Assembly (NCBI RefSeq): GCF_041146345.1
Contig: NW_027191419.1
Coordinates: 124,001 to 188,000 of the forward strand
Direction of reading: 5' to 3'
DNA from: Neodothiora populina
Taxonomy: Eukaryota
DNA: 64,000 nt
The notes under the pieces are model-generated. The model was not told where the DNA came from. It did not search any database and was given only the letters and a program-made list of their open reading frames with translations. The position numbers and the translations under genes are program-made. The number at the start of each line of letters is the position of its first letter. Position 1 is the stretch's first letter. Below, piece after piece: positions 23,276-35,000 of the stretch.

Positions 23276-25507
23276 ATGTCTTTCTCTATCAGTATGACAT
23301 GCCCCATCATATTGTCTTATACAGACAGCGCTGATAAACACCAGAGGTCCCGTGCTCGTCAGCCAACATCGGTAGGATCAACGTGTACCAGCTACTCTGA
23401 GCTCGAGTGTTGATGCGTCTCAGGCCCCGGCTTTGATGTGATCGGTCTTGCCCTTTCTGTGTGGCTAGAACTGACCGTCACCGTCGACACCACCAAGAAG
23501 TCGTCTGACAAGCTCTTCAACTGCCGTATCACCTATGAAGGTCAAGGCGCTGAGGAGGTGCCGCTTGTCGCCGATCAGAACCTGATCACCCAGACAGCGC
23601 TCTATGTGTTGCGCTGCCATGATCAGAGGGCATTTCCTTGTGAGACCCATGTGCATATTAACAACCCGATTCCCCTCGGCCGAGGCCTTGGATCTTCTGG
23701 AGCTGCTGTTGTTGCCGGAGTCATGCTTGGTAGCGAGGTTGGCGGTCTTAGCCTCTCCAAAGATCGCATGCTTGATTTCTGTCTCATGATCGAAAGACAT
23801 CCCGACAATGTTGCCGCTGCCCTGTTCGGTGGTTTCGTCGGCTCATATCTCAAGGACCTCGACTCGGAGGACATGAAGAGGAAGGAGATTCCTCTCAGTG
23901 AAGTCCTTCCTGCCCCTGCAGGTGGTGAAGACACAGGTCTCAAGCCGCCCGTTCCACCCATGGACATTGGCAAGCATATCAAATTCACATGGGCGCCGGA
24001 AATCAAGTGCATCGCTATCATCCCCGATTTCGAAGTCTCCACTGCCAGCGCACGTTCAGTCCTCCCGGAGTCTTACCCCAAAGCCGACGTTGTGTCCAAC
24101 TTGCAGAGGATAGCCCTCCTTACGACTGCACTCGGTCAATCTCCACCGAACCCGGAGCTCATCTTTGACGGTATGCAAGACAAGGTCCACCAGCCCTACC
24201 GAAAGACTCTCATTCCGGGCTTGACCGAGATCTTGAGCTCCGTGACCCCCAAGTCCCACCCTGGTCTCCTCGGTATCTGTCTTTCTGGGGCTGGCCCTAC
24301 CATTCTGGCTCTGGCAACTCACAACTTCGAACAAATCGCCACTCACCTCCTCAACGAGTTCAAGAAGGAGAACATCACCTGCCAATGGAAACTCCTGGAA
24401 CCCGCATACAACGGTGCTACTTGCACACGCGCATCAGGCAAGCAAGCTGGTATGACCTACGCGGATGCGGGAGTGTCCATCGATGCGGGTAACGATCTCG
24501 TCACTGCCATCAAGGCTGCGGTCAAGAGCACTCGTCGCCCCGGTGCCGATGCTGAGATTGGTGGTTTCGGAGGTGCGCTGGACCTTGCCTCTGCTGGGTT
24601 CGGCAAGGACGCACCAATCATTGTTCAGGCTATTGACGGTATCGGCACCAAGCTCAAGATTGCCTTCGCCATGGACAAGTTCAACACTGTGGGTATCGAT
24701 CTTGTGGCCATGAACGTGAACGATCTTGTCGTTCAGGGCGCCGAGCCACTCACCTTCCTCGACTACTATGCCTGCAGCAAGCTCGATATCCCCGAGGCAG
24801 TCAGTTTCATCGAGGGAGTCGCGGCTGGCTGCGTGCAGTCAGGATGCGCGCTTGTGGGAGGTGAGACAGCAGAGATGCCTGGCATGTACCAGGGCAACGA
24901 GTTCGATGCTGGCGGTTGCGCCACTGGCGCCCTCAAGCGCGGACAGAAGATCTTGCCTGATACGGATGCCATGGTCAAGGGCGACGTTCTTCTAGGTCTC
25001 GGTAGTGACGGTGTGCACTCGAACGGATTCTCCCTTGTCAGGAGAGTGGTCGAGTCCAAGGGTCTCGGTTACCACGACAAGGCACCTTGGGCGCCTAGCA
25101 CGAGTGTCGGAGAGAGTCTCCTCACTCCCACCAGAATCTACGTCAAGCCCCTGCTCCAAGCTGTCGAGAAGGATCTTCTAAAGGGCATGGCTCACATCAC
25201 CGGCGGTGGACTTTATGACAACATCCCCCGCATGCTTCCCAAGCACCTCGCTGCCGAGGTGCAGGTCGGCAGCTGGCCCGTACCCGATGTGCTCAAATGG
25301 CTCAAGGAGGCTGGCAATGTCGAGTCTCACGAATTTGCACGCACATGGAACACCGGCATCGGTATGGTGATTGTTGCCAGCCAGGGGAAGGCCAAGGAGG
25401 CGCAACAGCTGCTCGAGAAGGCTGGCGAGAAGGTGTACGTACTCGGCAAGCTGGTAAAGAGAACCGACGAGGGTACGATTCTCAACAACATTGAGGCTTG
25501 GAACTGA
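23276..25507 (+). CDS. THR1-ADE7: In-frame fusion of homoserine kinase (Thr1, GHMP family) and phosphoribosylformylglycinamidine cyclo-ligase (AIR synthetase, PurM/Ade7), ~708 aa
   Basis: Exons 23276-23291, 23345-23371, 23424-25507. N-half: VPCSSANIGPGFDVIG, IPLGRGLGSSGAA, HPDNVAAALFGGF, DKVHQPYR, LSGAGPTILAL. C-half from ATG 24452: YADAGVSIDAGN, IGGFGG, DGIGTKL, GIDLVAMNVNDL, FLDYY, LVGGETAEMPG, HSNGFSLVR, AHITGGG. No stop or intron is needed at the junction. Confidence 0.95.
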
Positions 25508-26483
25508 GCGGGACAAGTTGGTGAAAGTATCTCGGCGATTTTTCACCAAGGACACGAAAAGATGGCAAGATATATGTCGAATTTGATCGAAAAGGGGTTT
25601 ACCGTGGAAAACAAAAGATTGAATGGTACAATTGGGGCTGCATTTTGGGGGTTTATAAACATGTCGATTGTGTTCAACGGCGTTCTGTACAAAAGAAGAT
25701 GATGAAGGAAGGGATAAATACATAGAGCAGAGGTACGAATGTCATTTTTTGCGTCGGTGCATGTGTTCCGCAAGACTAGACGGTAAAATGTCCCAAGATG
25801 AGGTTCATGGGACTCTGTTTATTTGACTGGGCGACCGGTCCGATCTATGATTGGGCTTGTGGATTGCGAGTAAGTTACCTTATGACGGAGAATTTAAACG
25901 ACGTACTGTACATGCCACAATAAGGTCTTTCATACAACGACAACCTCCGCCCGCCGGGTCCACGAGATATGAGTAGCTACATAGTGCGAATCATCACTCC
26001 TCCCATCGCGCTTGGTACGTGTGTCTATTTGTGGCCGGAAGTCTGGTGAATGGCAGCCAGAGTAGACACCGCAGTGGAATGGACAGGGTCGCGTTCGATA
26101 CGAGGAACCATTCGTGGATATCAGATTTGACATGAAAACTTGACCAAGATGAGGCGAGACTTTGCTTACAGGCATTTACCTTTGAAAGACCATCTGACTT
26201 ATAACGCTCACACGCATCGCCCAAGTGGAATATTACCTCATCTGTGCGGCTATGGTACCTGTATCGACATCAATGGCCAGGGAGACCACTATTGTGGACT
26301 CGAGACGGAGCTGGTATGCGAGTCAGAAAACGTCACAATGCGCGAGTCATGTAACAACACTCCAAGATGCCTTCCATAGCTTCCTATATTTGTCAAAACA
26401 TTGCACGGAATATACATTGCGCGACTAATCCAATGATCAAATCAGCGTCTGGAGACCAACACCTCCAGATAATGGCATGAGAA

Positions 26484-27986
26484 ATGTCACGTCGACTCCA
26501 CTCAAGCCCACTGCCGGTGGGCGCGCATTCGCGATCGACACCGAACCTCCCAACTCTACACGCCTTTAAGAAGAGCAATACAGCCAACACTATAGCAACG
26601 ACGGCGACGAAGGTCCAAGACAAGGATGCACAGGTAGCAATCGGTGGAGATGCATCTGAAGCTTCGTCGACGTTGACGCAGACTTCGCCCTCTGAGCCTG
26701 CCTCTATAGAAGACTTTAGCCTCGATGATCCAAGTCGTAAATCGGACGAGATAGACGAGATAGACAAGCATGAACAAGAAGCCATTATTCATGCCTCCGG
26801 CCCGTCGCCTGAGGCTTCTGATTCTGACGAATCTGATCTGGACACTTTGAACAATCTTCCTTCATCGGCCTCTCTGGACGGGAGCACGTATCGGCCACCC
26901 TTTTCCCGATCCAGCAGTTATCTCGGTCCTGCAACATTTGCTCCTCCCTTTTACAACAGACCTCCCACTCCTCTCCCTCCATCTCCGAGTTTGACCTCTC
27001 TGCTACGACCCAATTTCACATCTGCCTCAAGTCGGCCAGCGACTCCTGATCCCAGCTCGGATGAGGGAAGTGGCCCCGCGACTGCCTTGTCTACGAATGC
27101 GACGACGACATCCAACACAACGCTGCCCACTGGTGCGCAAACCCCCAACTCGGCGGCTGCAACGACTTTGTCTTCTTCTTTCCGCACCGCCAGACCAATC
27201 CCGCGTGCATCGCCAAAAGTCCCGACTTACGAGTACTACGGATTCACTCTGTATCTGACCTCTTCGCTTGGATTTCTGATCTATCTCTTGTGGTCCTACC
27301 TGCCCTCGCCCTTCCTGCATCAGCTGGGTATCTACTACTACCCGAACAGATGGTGGAGTCTGGCCATCCCGGCATGGCTCGTCACGGCGGTCGTGTGGGT
27401 CTTTGTCGCTCTCGCAAGCTACAACACGGGCACCCTGACGCTGAAAATGGCCGATCTGGGATGTCTGGTCGACGAAGCCGCCGTGGTAGCTGTTGTCGAC
27501 GGGGACGGAAATATCGTGCGAGAGGGCAGGACTTGGGATGCCGCAGCTGCGATTGCTACTTCTGCTGCTGCGGCTGCTGCTGCTGCCACTTCTTCTGCTT
27601 CATCCAGTCATGCTACCGCCTCGGCGTCTGCTACTGCCTTGCATTCTTCTGCCTCTTCCTCTGCCGCTGCATCTTCCAGCCTCGCAGCTCTCGGCACAAG
27701 CCAAGGCGTGCAAGGCAAATCAGCAAAGAACAATGACAGCAGGAAGGGCATGCTTCCGCGCACCAAGTCGTCCATGGCGCCGGACCACCATCATAATCAT
27801 CGTCAGCGATCGTCTCGCACCAGCCAAGCCAAAGACCTGGACTGGAGAAGTTTGTGGAACGAGGGCACAGATGCCGTGCTCGACGTGCCCATCGGAGGCG
27901 TCTGCGAGGTCTTGTATGGTCGACTTGACCAGAAGGGTGATGATGAGGGGGAAGAGGGACTAAGCATTGATAATGTGCGAGAGTGA
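26484..27986 (+). CDS. GPI19: PIG-P domain protein (GPI-GlcNAc transferase subunit, Gpi19-like) with long disordered N-terminus
   Basis: PKVPTYEYYGFTLY..YLLWSYLPSPFLHQLGIYYYPNRWWSLAIP, LVDE and terminal DAVLDVPIGGVCEVLY match my recall of the PIG-P pattern. Confidence 0.85.
   Translation: MSRRLHSSPLPVGAHSRSTPNLPTLHAFKKSNTANTIATTATKVQDKDAQVAIGGDASEASSTLTQTSPSEPASIEDFSLDDPSRKSDEIDEIDKHEQEAIIHASGPSPEASDSDESDLDTLNNLPSSASLDGSTYRPPFSRSSSYLGPATFAPPFYNRPPTPLPPSPSLTSLLRPNFTSASSRPATPDPSSDEGSGPATALSTNATTTSNTTLPTGAQTPNSAAATTLSSSFRTARPIPRASPKVPTYEYYGFTLYLTSSLGFLIYLLWSYLPSPFLHQLGIYYYPNRWWSLAIPAWLVTAVVWVFVALASYNTGTLTLKMADLGCLVDEAAVVAVVDGDGNIVREGRTWDAAAAIATSAAAAAAAATSSASSSHATASASATALHSSASSSAAASSSLAALGTSQGVQGKSAKNNDSRKGMLPRTKSSMAPDHHHNHRQRSSRTSQAKDLDWRSLWNEGTDAVLDVPIGGVCEVLYGRLDQKGDDEGEEGLSIDNVRE
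27541..27690 (+). repeat. GCT/TCT-rich low-complexity tract encoding a poly-Ala/Ser insert in the PIG-P protein
   Basis: Visible gctgctgcggctgctgctgctgcc repeats; translation DAAAAIATSAAAAAAAATSSASSSHATASASATALHSSASSSAAASSS. Confidence 0.8.
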
Positions 27987-28738
27987 GTCAGACGCACGTG
28001 TATCATTGTGTTCGAAGGGCAAGCACGATAAAAGGGCATAGACTGGAGATTTCACAGAAGTGACCTTCCACATGGCGTCTGCGGAAGACTCTGGACAGCT
28101 GTAAGGTTTTGGGTCTGGTCTACGAGAATGGGTTTGTAATTTTGTTTATATAGAGAGATACCCCCCCGTGTCACTGTCACGAGATTTTTGCATTGTATAT
28201 TTTCCACAAGCTCTGCTGCTGCTGTTGCCTACCTATAACCTTGGAAGGTGCCTTGTGCGAGCCAAATGGGAACTCACAGTGCAGCCTAGCATAGCATATG
28301 TGTGAACCATTGCATTGCATTACATTGTCCAGAATCAACCATGTATAACGATACATTCTGCTTTCACAAAAAATCACATGGTCGCCTCGACTCGACTCGA
28401 CTCGGCCAACAACGACCACTCCAGCTACCACTATGCGCAGTACAGTAGTTCGTCACGCGGACCTTCCACCCCTTCGCTCCAACAACAATCCCAAATACTG
28501 TATATGCATGTGATGATTGCTGTTCCTCGCAGACCCCATTGCGGCAGTGTGTGTGTGCACCGTGTAAACAATCTGTTGACCCACACCCCACGAACGTAGA
28601 TGATGTACAAGTAGATGATGATGATAATAAATAAAGGCCAAGAGCGTCCAGTACAGTAGAGTGACATAGCCCTGCGGGCGCAGCAAGAGGTACGCGTTAT
28701 ACAGTACAGTACCTTCGTACGTGGTCTGAACCAGGGAA

Positions 28739-28750
28739 GGGGGGGGGGGG
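28739..28750 (+). repeat. Poly-G homopolymer (G12)
   Basis: Directly visible. Confidence 0.9.
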
Positions 28751-29052
28751 AAAGGGAAAGAAAGACTCGTCTCGTTGGTTGTCGCGTCGGTGACGCATCG
28801 GCTCTGAGATCCCATTCGTTGCTGCATTTCACTGCCCACCACTCACATAACACATCCCTGCCAGGACAACCCTCCTCATCTCCCGAGCTCAACTGCCGAA
28901 CTTTTCTTTCGGCAGGTAACAACGACGAGGCTTTGACTCGAACGAAACGGCGATCACACACGCGTGACTGGGGGACGGAGAGGAGAGTGCCGTGCCTGCT
29001 CTGGCTCTGCCCAACGACGACTACGGGTCATTTCTTGCATATATTACTGACC

Positions 29053-29066
29053 GGGGGGGGGGGGGG
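29053..29066 (+). repeat. Poly-G homopolymer (G14)
   Basis: Directly visible. Confidence 0.9.
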
Positions 29067-32000
29067 AAGGGTGACTTGGGACGGGCGTGATGGATCGAAA
29101 TAGGCAAGAGATAGGATAAAATGCTTGCGCCAGCCATTGATCGCGCCACGGCTCCTCGGAGTAGCAGCGGCGCTGTCAAGGAGATTGAGCGAAGGTGAGT
29201 GGGAAACTCGGTAGATGGACTTGCCGTACTGCCATCAGGACGATACGACACCTGCCGAAAGACTGATGAGAGCAAGCTCAAACAACCGGTAGAGCATGCA
29301 GAGTACTGTACGTGATACGCAGTGTTGTGTTCTTTCTTACTATTCTTTTGTCTAAGACGCACTGCCCTACGCTTTCACAGCTACTGCAATGTACGATTTG
29401 AGTAGTCTTCAACAAGACTCTCGGGGAGATGCGTAGGATTTCTCCGGATCGCCAGTGACCGTGTGAGAGATGTACAGTGCAAGCACTGTGCTGCTAACTG
29501 TAGAAGCCAAGGCTACTATGAATTTGGGGTGACGCTGATCGCTAGCAAGGTACTTGTACAGAGTCAGGCTCGTCAGGGCAGCCAACTTTTTCTAGCCGGT
29601 TGGGCACCCCGGAAGGGAGGGGGGTTTCATAATTCTCTGTAGCTCGGCATTCTTCTTCGCTACTTACGTAGTGAATAGATGATATGGGTCAAAACAATAA
29701 AACAGAGTTCTTGTAAAAGTGAAAACGAATGCGCGTTGCTAGACTTGGCAGCTTCACCACCGAAGGCAGCACCTTGATGGTTTCCAATATTCCAATATTA
29801 GGGTCCCATGTAGGAGATGAGGCTAGAGTAGGCGGTCGTGTAAGATAGGTCCAGACCAAGTACCAGAGAGGAAACCAGGCGCCACCGTCGCGAGTGGTGT
29901 TATTCATGCTGACATTAGATACGCCATGGTGATGCGAGATAGGGTGCGTTGAAACAAGCATTTGAGATCCCTCCTCGCGATACGAACACCAAAATCTAAT
30001 TGGAGCAGATCTTCTTCTGATGATGTCTTAGAAGAGCCAGAGTGACGCCGAGCTTGAGGCGCGTGCTAGGGTGGGGAAGGGTTGGAGAAAGGGCAAAGAA
30101 TGTGCTCACGCACCATCGACGACTGTACCGCGGTAGCATCAGCTGCCACGACGATGGCGAGCATAGTAGCAAGCAGGTCGTATTGGAGCTATCTTGCACT
30201 GCCCCTCCCTGTGCCTTCGCGCCTGACCTTTCTTCTCAGGGAAGTGGCGCGTGCGTCCGAGGTGAGAAGAAGAAAAGGTGGCTGGCGGAAGAAACCCTAC
30301 CCTCACCAGACCGAAGGCAGACGAAGCTCCTGCTACAAGCCGGGCCGGTGGTGGACCACTAGGTGCAGTGCAAGACGATGATTTGAGTAGCGGCTTGTCC
30401 CGTAATTTGCTTGCACATTGGCCGGTGGTTCGGCGCGCTGGTGTCTCCTCGTTGTGCCCAACCATGGATTTTGAGATCTGAAGCACGGTCACGCCCAACG
30501 GGCAAGCATCATTTCAGCTCGACCAGGGGAAACTGAGCTCGATGGGACGACCCGTAGCTTACCCAAGTTTTATGTGCCCTGCTGGGCCTCCAGCAGGCAG
30601 AGTCATGCACCTAGTACACATACTGTCTAAGATCTTGCCTGACCTTACTTGTTATCGTAAGCCGATCGTAAAGAGATGCCTCTAGTTGATTAGTGGACTA
30701 TGCAGGCACTTTCTTTAGTGCTACCTATCAAGGAACAATTCTGATGTGATGATTCATCCCGGACCATTCGAGGTGAGACCATAGACGCAGGCTCCTCCAG
30801 ATTGGCGGTATGATGAGCGGCCCAAACGACAGGGAGACTTGTTGACAATCAGTTGTGCACCGGACCAGCTCCAGAATCTCCGAGGCCCAAAGTTCAAATG
30901 CCATGCTTGTCGAACCGCTTTGGAGGATGTCCTGTCAACAAAGGACAACGTTGGAACAAAGGACTAGGGCCCGTTGCGACACATACTGTACAGTAGCTCG
31001 ACTTGCTTGCCGTTGCGTGCTACAAGGTTCCGGCACTGCCCGGGCAGAATTACAGTTTACGAGTTCAAGTTCCCCATGTGTAGATGGAGTGGTTTCCCCC
31101 CAAGCACTGGGGATCTTTTCTGATATGAGATTCGACCATATAGGCATGGTTGTCGGTGGGCTAGAACACACTGTACCTCAGAAAACGAACTCATGCAGTT
31201 GGTACGCAGGGTTGTTCTTGAACATCGATATGGCTAGCCTCGCTTTGAGCACAGGTACCAAGTCTAGTGTGCCTTCTTTCGCTGTTCGTACATCTTACTG
31301 TCTACTACAGTACTGTACGATAGGTACTGTGTGTCCTCCAACTTAGGTAGTGCTTCCTGTAAGGTACCGTAGGTGAGGTACAATACGTCGCATTTTCGAT
31401 GTTCTAAGCATGTAGGCGCGCATACGAAGAGCAGAGACTACCATCTGAATTACGATAGCCAATTTCGATGCGACAAATAATGATGTAGTGTGGAGCTGGT
31501 CCTTTGTGATGCAGATGATATGGCCGTATTGCATGAAGCGGCTCTCACACGGGTGCGATGGCGGACTTACCAGCCGACCGAGCTGGTGTCAGCAGTACAG
31601 ACGAACTATGATACGACTTGGCCGTGATACGCGTCGCCGCCCGTGCACTTCTGACAATACCTCGCAGGACTCGAGTGCAGTCATTGTACTTCGAGCGGAC
31701 GAGAATATGAAGTTATTGAAGTGGTCGGCGTAGACGGACGCAATCAACTGTAGAATGGGTACCTAACGTCATGTGCTGCAAGGAGTATATGGACGCGGGG
31801 GCACGCAGAAGGATATGACATGTCCAGAATACTCACTCGATTGTATCTGGAAGGTGAAGCACTGGTAGCTAATGCAGCAAGGTTGACCCTAACAAAGCCC
31901 TTCACTTGTCCCCAACGCCCCGTTGAAGCGTACCTTGGACTCAACGGCCGTGTACATCTCAGAGCGCGTGTAACTGCCATCAGCCTCGCACCTTCCTCTT

Positions 32001-35000
32001 TCGGTATTGATCGGTTTTAATCTTGGTCCCGATCAGACACGAAAGAACCTCTCGGGATCGGACGGTATTAGACGGCTGCATGCATCAGACATGTAGCCAA
32101 GTGTCTCGCGACAGAATAACTGTGTAAAATTTGCCATTTCGATAATCAAGCTAGACCAGGAAGATGGAACAGCAGTCGTGACAAGGCAAGATGTCCTGGT
32201 GGCTCAAGGTCAAAGATACGACATGAGAACATGGTTGTCCATGGGTATGCCTGTTTGAGCAGGTAGTGGCGAGTGGCTCCGCCTCGCAACCAAATGTTAG
32301 GCTTTCGAGGCAGACTTCCGGGTGTGGTGAGGGTCGGCGCGGGGCCGAGGCTCGCAACGGCAAGTACTGAGCATCAATTGAGAAGCAATTCGAATGCAGT
32401 TGTTGGATCAATGGTAGCAATTCAGCCTTTAGCTATGTCGCCGAGCGACTTGCGCAACCTTTGCAAAGAGCAGGACTTCGTGAACTTTAGGGTAATGTTC
32501 CGACAGCAAGTACAGACACGTGCGAGATGGCCAAGCGATGAGAATAATTTCGAGCGCACGCCGCGGGGGCCATAATTTGTGTAATGTAGTGCCTCACGGA
32601 CATTCGTCTGCTTTCAAGAATGCATGCTGATTATGGGCTATCGCACTTGTAACATGCCCGAGTTCATCTGCGATATTACAATCAACCACAGATAAGATGT
32701 CATACATAACGTGTGTATGCGCCGATCACAGCACATTTCAGCCATGGAAGATTATCTGGGCCCCGATCCGATGATAGGAGCGCGGAGATGTGTCGATTAG
32801 TACAACCATGAATGTTGAGCTGTAGATTCTCTTAGCACAGGCAGTCATGTGTTGCAGGTGCATACCGTACAACATATTGCAGTTGGTAGGCGAGCAGTAT
32901 TTCCACTGAGATTTCGTGGCGCGATCGAATCCGATCGGGACAACCTGTCTTCAGAATTGATGCAGGTATAAGCGCGTACGAAGGGCATGGCAAGACATTT
33001 CGCCGGTTCGTTCAGACCTTAAGGCAATATGGCAACGTCCGTGCCACTTACAATACAAACCACGTTCTTTGTCGAAGTCAGGTCTACTGACACGATCCAT
33101 CGCGAACGCCATACTAATCTGAAGCCTAGTAGGTAGGGTTAATTGATGGCCAAATCAGCACGAAGAAGCTATGACGTTGCACTATCAGTGCGCAACGCCT
33201 TGCTTTAGCGCTTCGCACACCATACGTAGAGCGTCAGTCCTCCTCGATCCCACAAAATGTGAGTGGTGATCGTAATGCAATGGTCATGATCTTGGAGAGG
33301 ATTGGCTTTACCGTAGATCGTGTCGCGCCACGTGGTGATATGAGGTCAATATGGTAAGAGAGCTCAGTCCAACCGCAACGGTTGGCGGCTAGGGAGATGG
33401 CTAGTACGGCTTGTAGACCCGACTTTTGGTTGAAGCAAAGAGTCGGAGCAACGGTGGTCTAACCAGGTTGGAATTCCTGTCAGTGTCCTTTGTCGATGGA
33501 TCCAATAGCGTTGCGGGACATGGTTCGCGGAGGCTTGCCTACAATGACTAGGGTTTCTCTAACATGCTGTCAGGCTGAGATGACCGCCGATCTGGCGCCA
33601 TACTAGCGACCGCTATGTGGAGGCGCATAGTGTCAGCTAGACAGACTTTCGGCCCGTTCATTTCTAGAAGGTGCATTCCCAACGTATTGGTAGCTCCCTG
33701 AAGTCAATGGACGGTTCCATCGTTCCCTACGTTCAATCCTACACAGCTGTCAGTAGATAGGTCAATATGTCTTCCTCTTACAGCTCATCTATGCTTGAAT
33801 GTAAGAGCTTGCCTCTCGCGACGCCACAAATCGAGTTCGTGCAGATGCATCACACACCGCCATCTAAATTCCATCGCCTATAGCATGCAAGGTACTTACA
33901 CATAAGGAGACGAATCACAAACGTCGATGGAGTCGTCTCCGTTTGCTTGGGTAGCCCGACTTGGGAATATTCAGTACTTCTGATCAGGGGTCAGATCGCA
34001 CTATTTGTGTCCAAATACGAATTAGCAAGTTGAGCCCTATCTTGCGAGGCTTCGACTAGTCCCTCTCACTGGAATTGATTTGAATAAGGTACCAAAAAAT
34101 ACTACCTACCTTTGCTTCCCTTGCACAATCTCTACAATCATTTGCAAGACATTTTCGTCGCAAATAGCAGCATGGGTGTTTATGCGGCACTGCGCCCCTC
34201 GCGCAGCAAGCATTGTTGTGCCTTACTTACCAGCAAGTCTCATTGTGGCCCACTGCACTGTACCTGTCTTAGGAAGTCTATGCGACATTCATCGCGAGAG
34301 TGGCTTAGCAGACATGGTGGATTCCACCGACCCGCGGAGCTCTCAGATGTCCATGCTTGCGCCGGTTCCTTCGCTCCGCGTAGTCTGAGGCCGCATTGAC
34401 GAATGACCAAAGAGCCATGCTACACGTGTACAGCAGATCAGTGATCTCAATGCACTACTATGTGGCGCTGCTCACACAGAACGTTGGCAATAGCGACATA
34501 TTTATGAAGACGCTATGGGTCTGTCAGCTGCGATCTAAGAAGATATTAGTAAGCTGCGAAAGGCACAATCTCAGAGTCACTCGGACGTTTTGTCTCTAAT
34601 GCAAATTGATCATAAAAGCAGGTACGACTTTTTGGACTTATGCTGTCCGCATGTACCGTGATGAAACACACGAAAGTAGTGTACAGTAGTAGCTGAAACA
34701 GGTGTTGCTCACATGCAGCTGCGAAGCTCTTCTCGAATCGGTTAGTGATGTGTAAAGAGGTGTCCAATCTGTCCGGGTGACTGGGCAGCCATGGCATACA
34801 GACGCAGATACCCGGGGCATCATTATTAGTGACGACTGTGCGGACAGTCGCACTAATGCATGCACTTTTCCTAACCTATCATGATCTAGGTAAGCTAGGA
34901 AGTTACTCCGGAACCAGTAATATTCTGGATCGAAGACTTAGTCCTAAGCTATAATACGCTGCTCCGGGCTCGGTGACATCTGACAAAAGAGCGTTGTGCT

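Noticed and set aside
29689..30498. Cluster of short ORFs in the WOPR upstream region as a gene or transposon relic
   Set aside because: No transposase, RT or zinc-finger motif, no terminal repeats and no coherent splice model.
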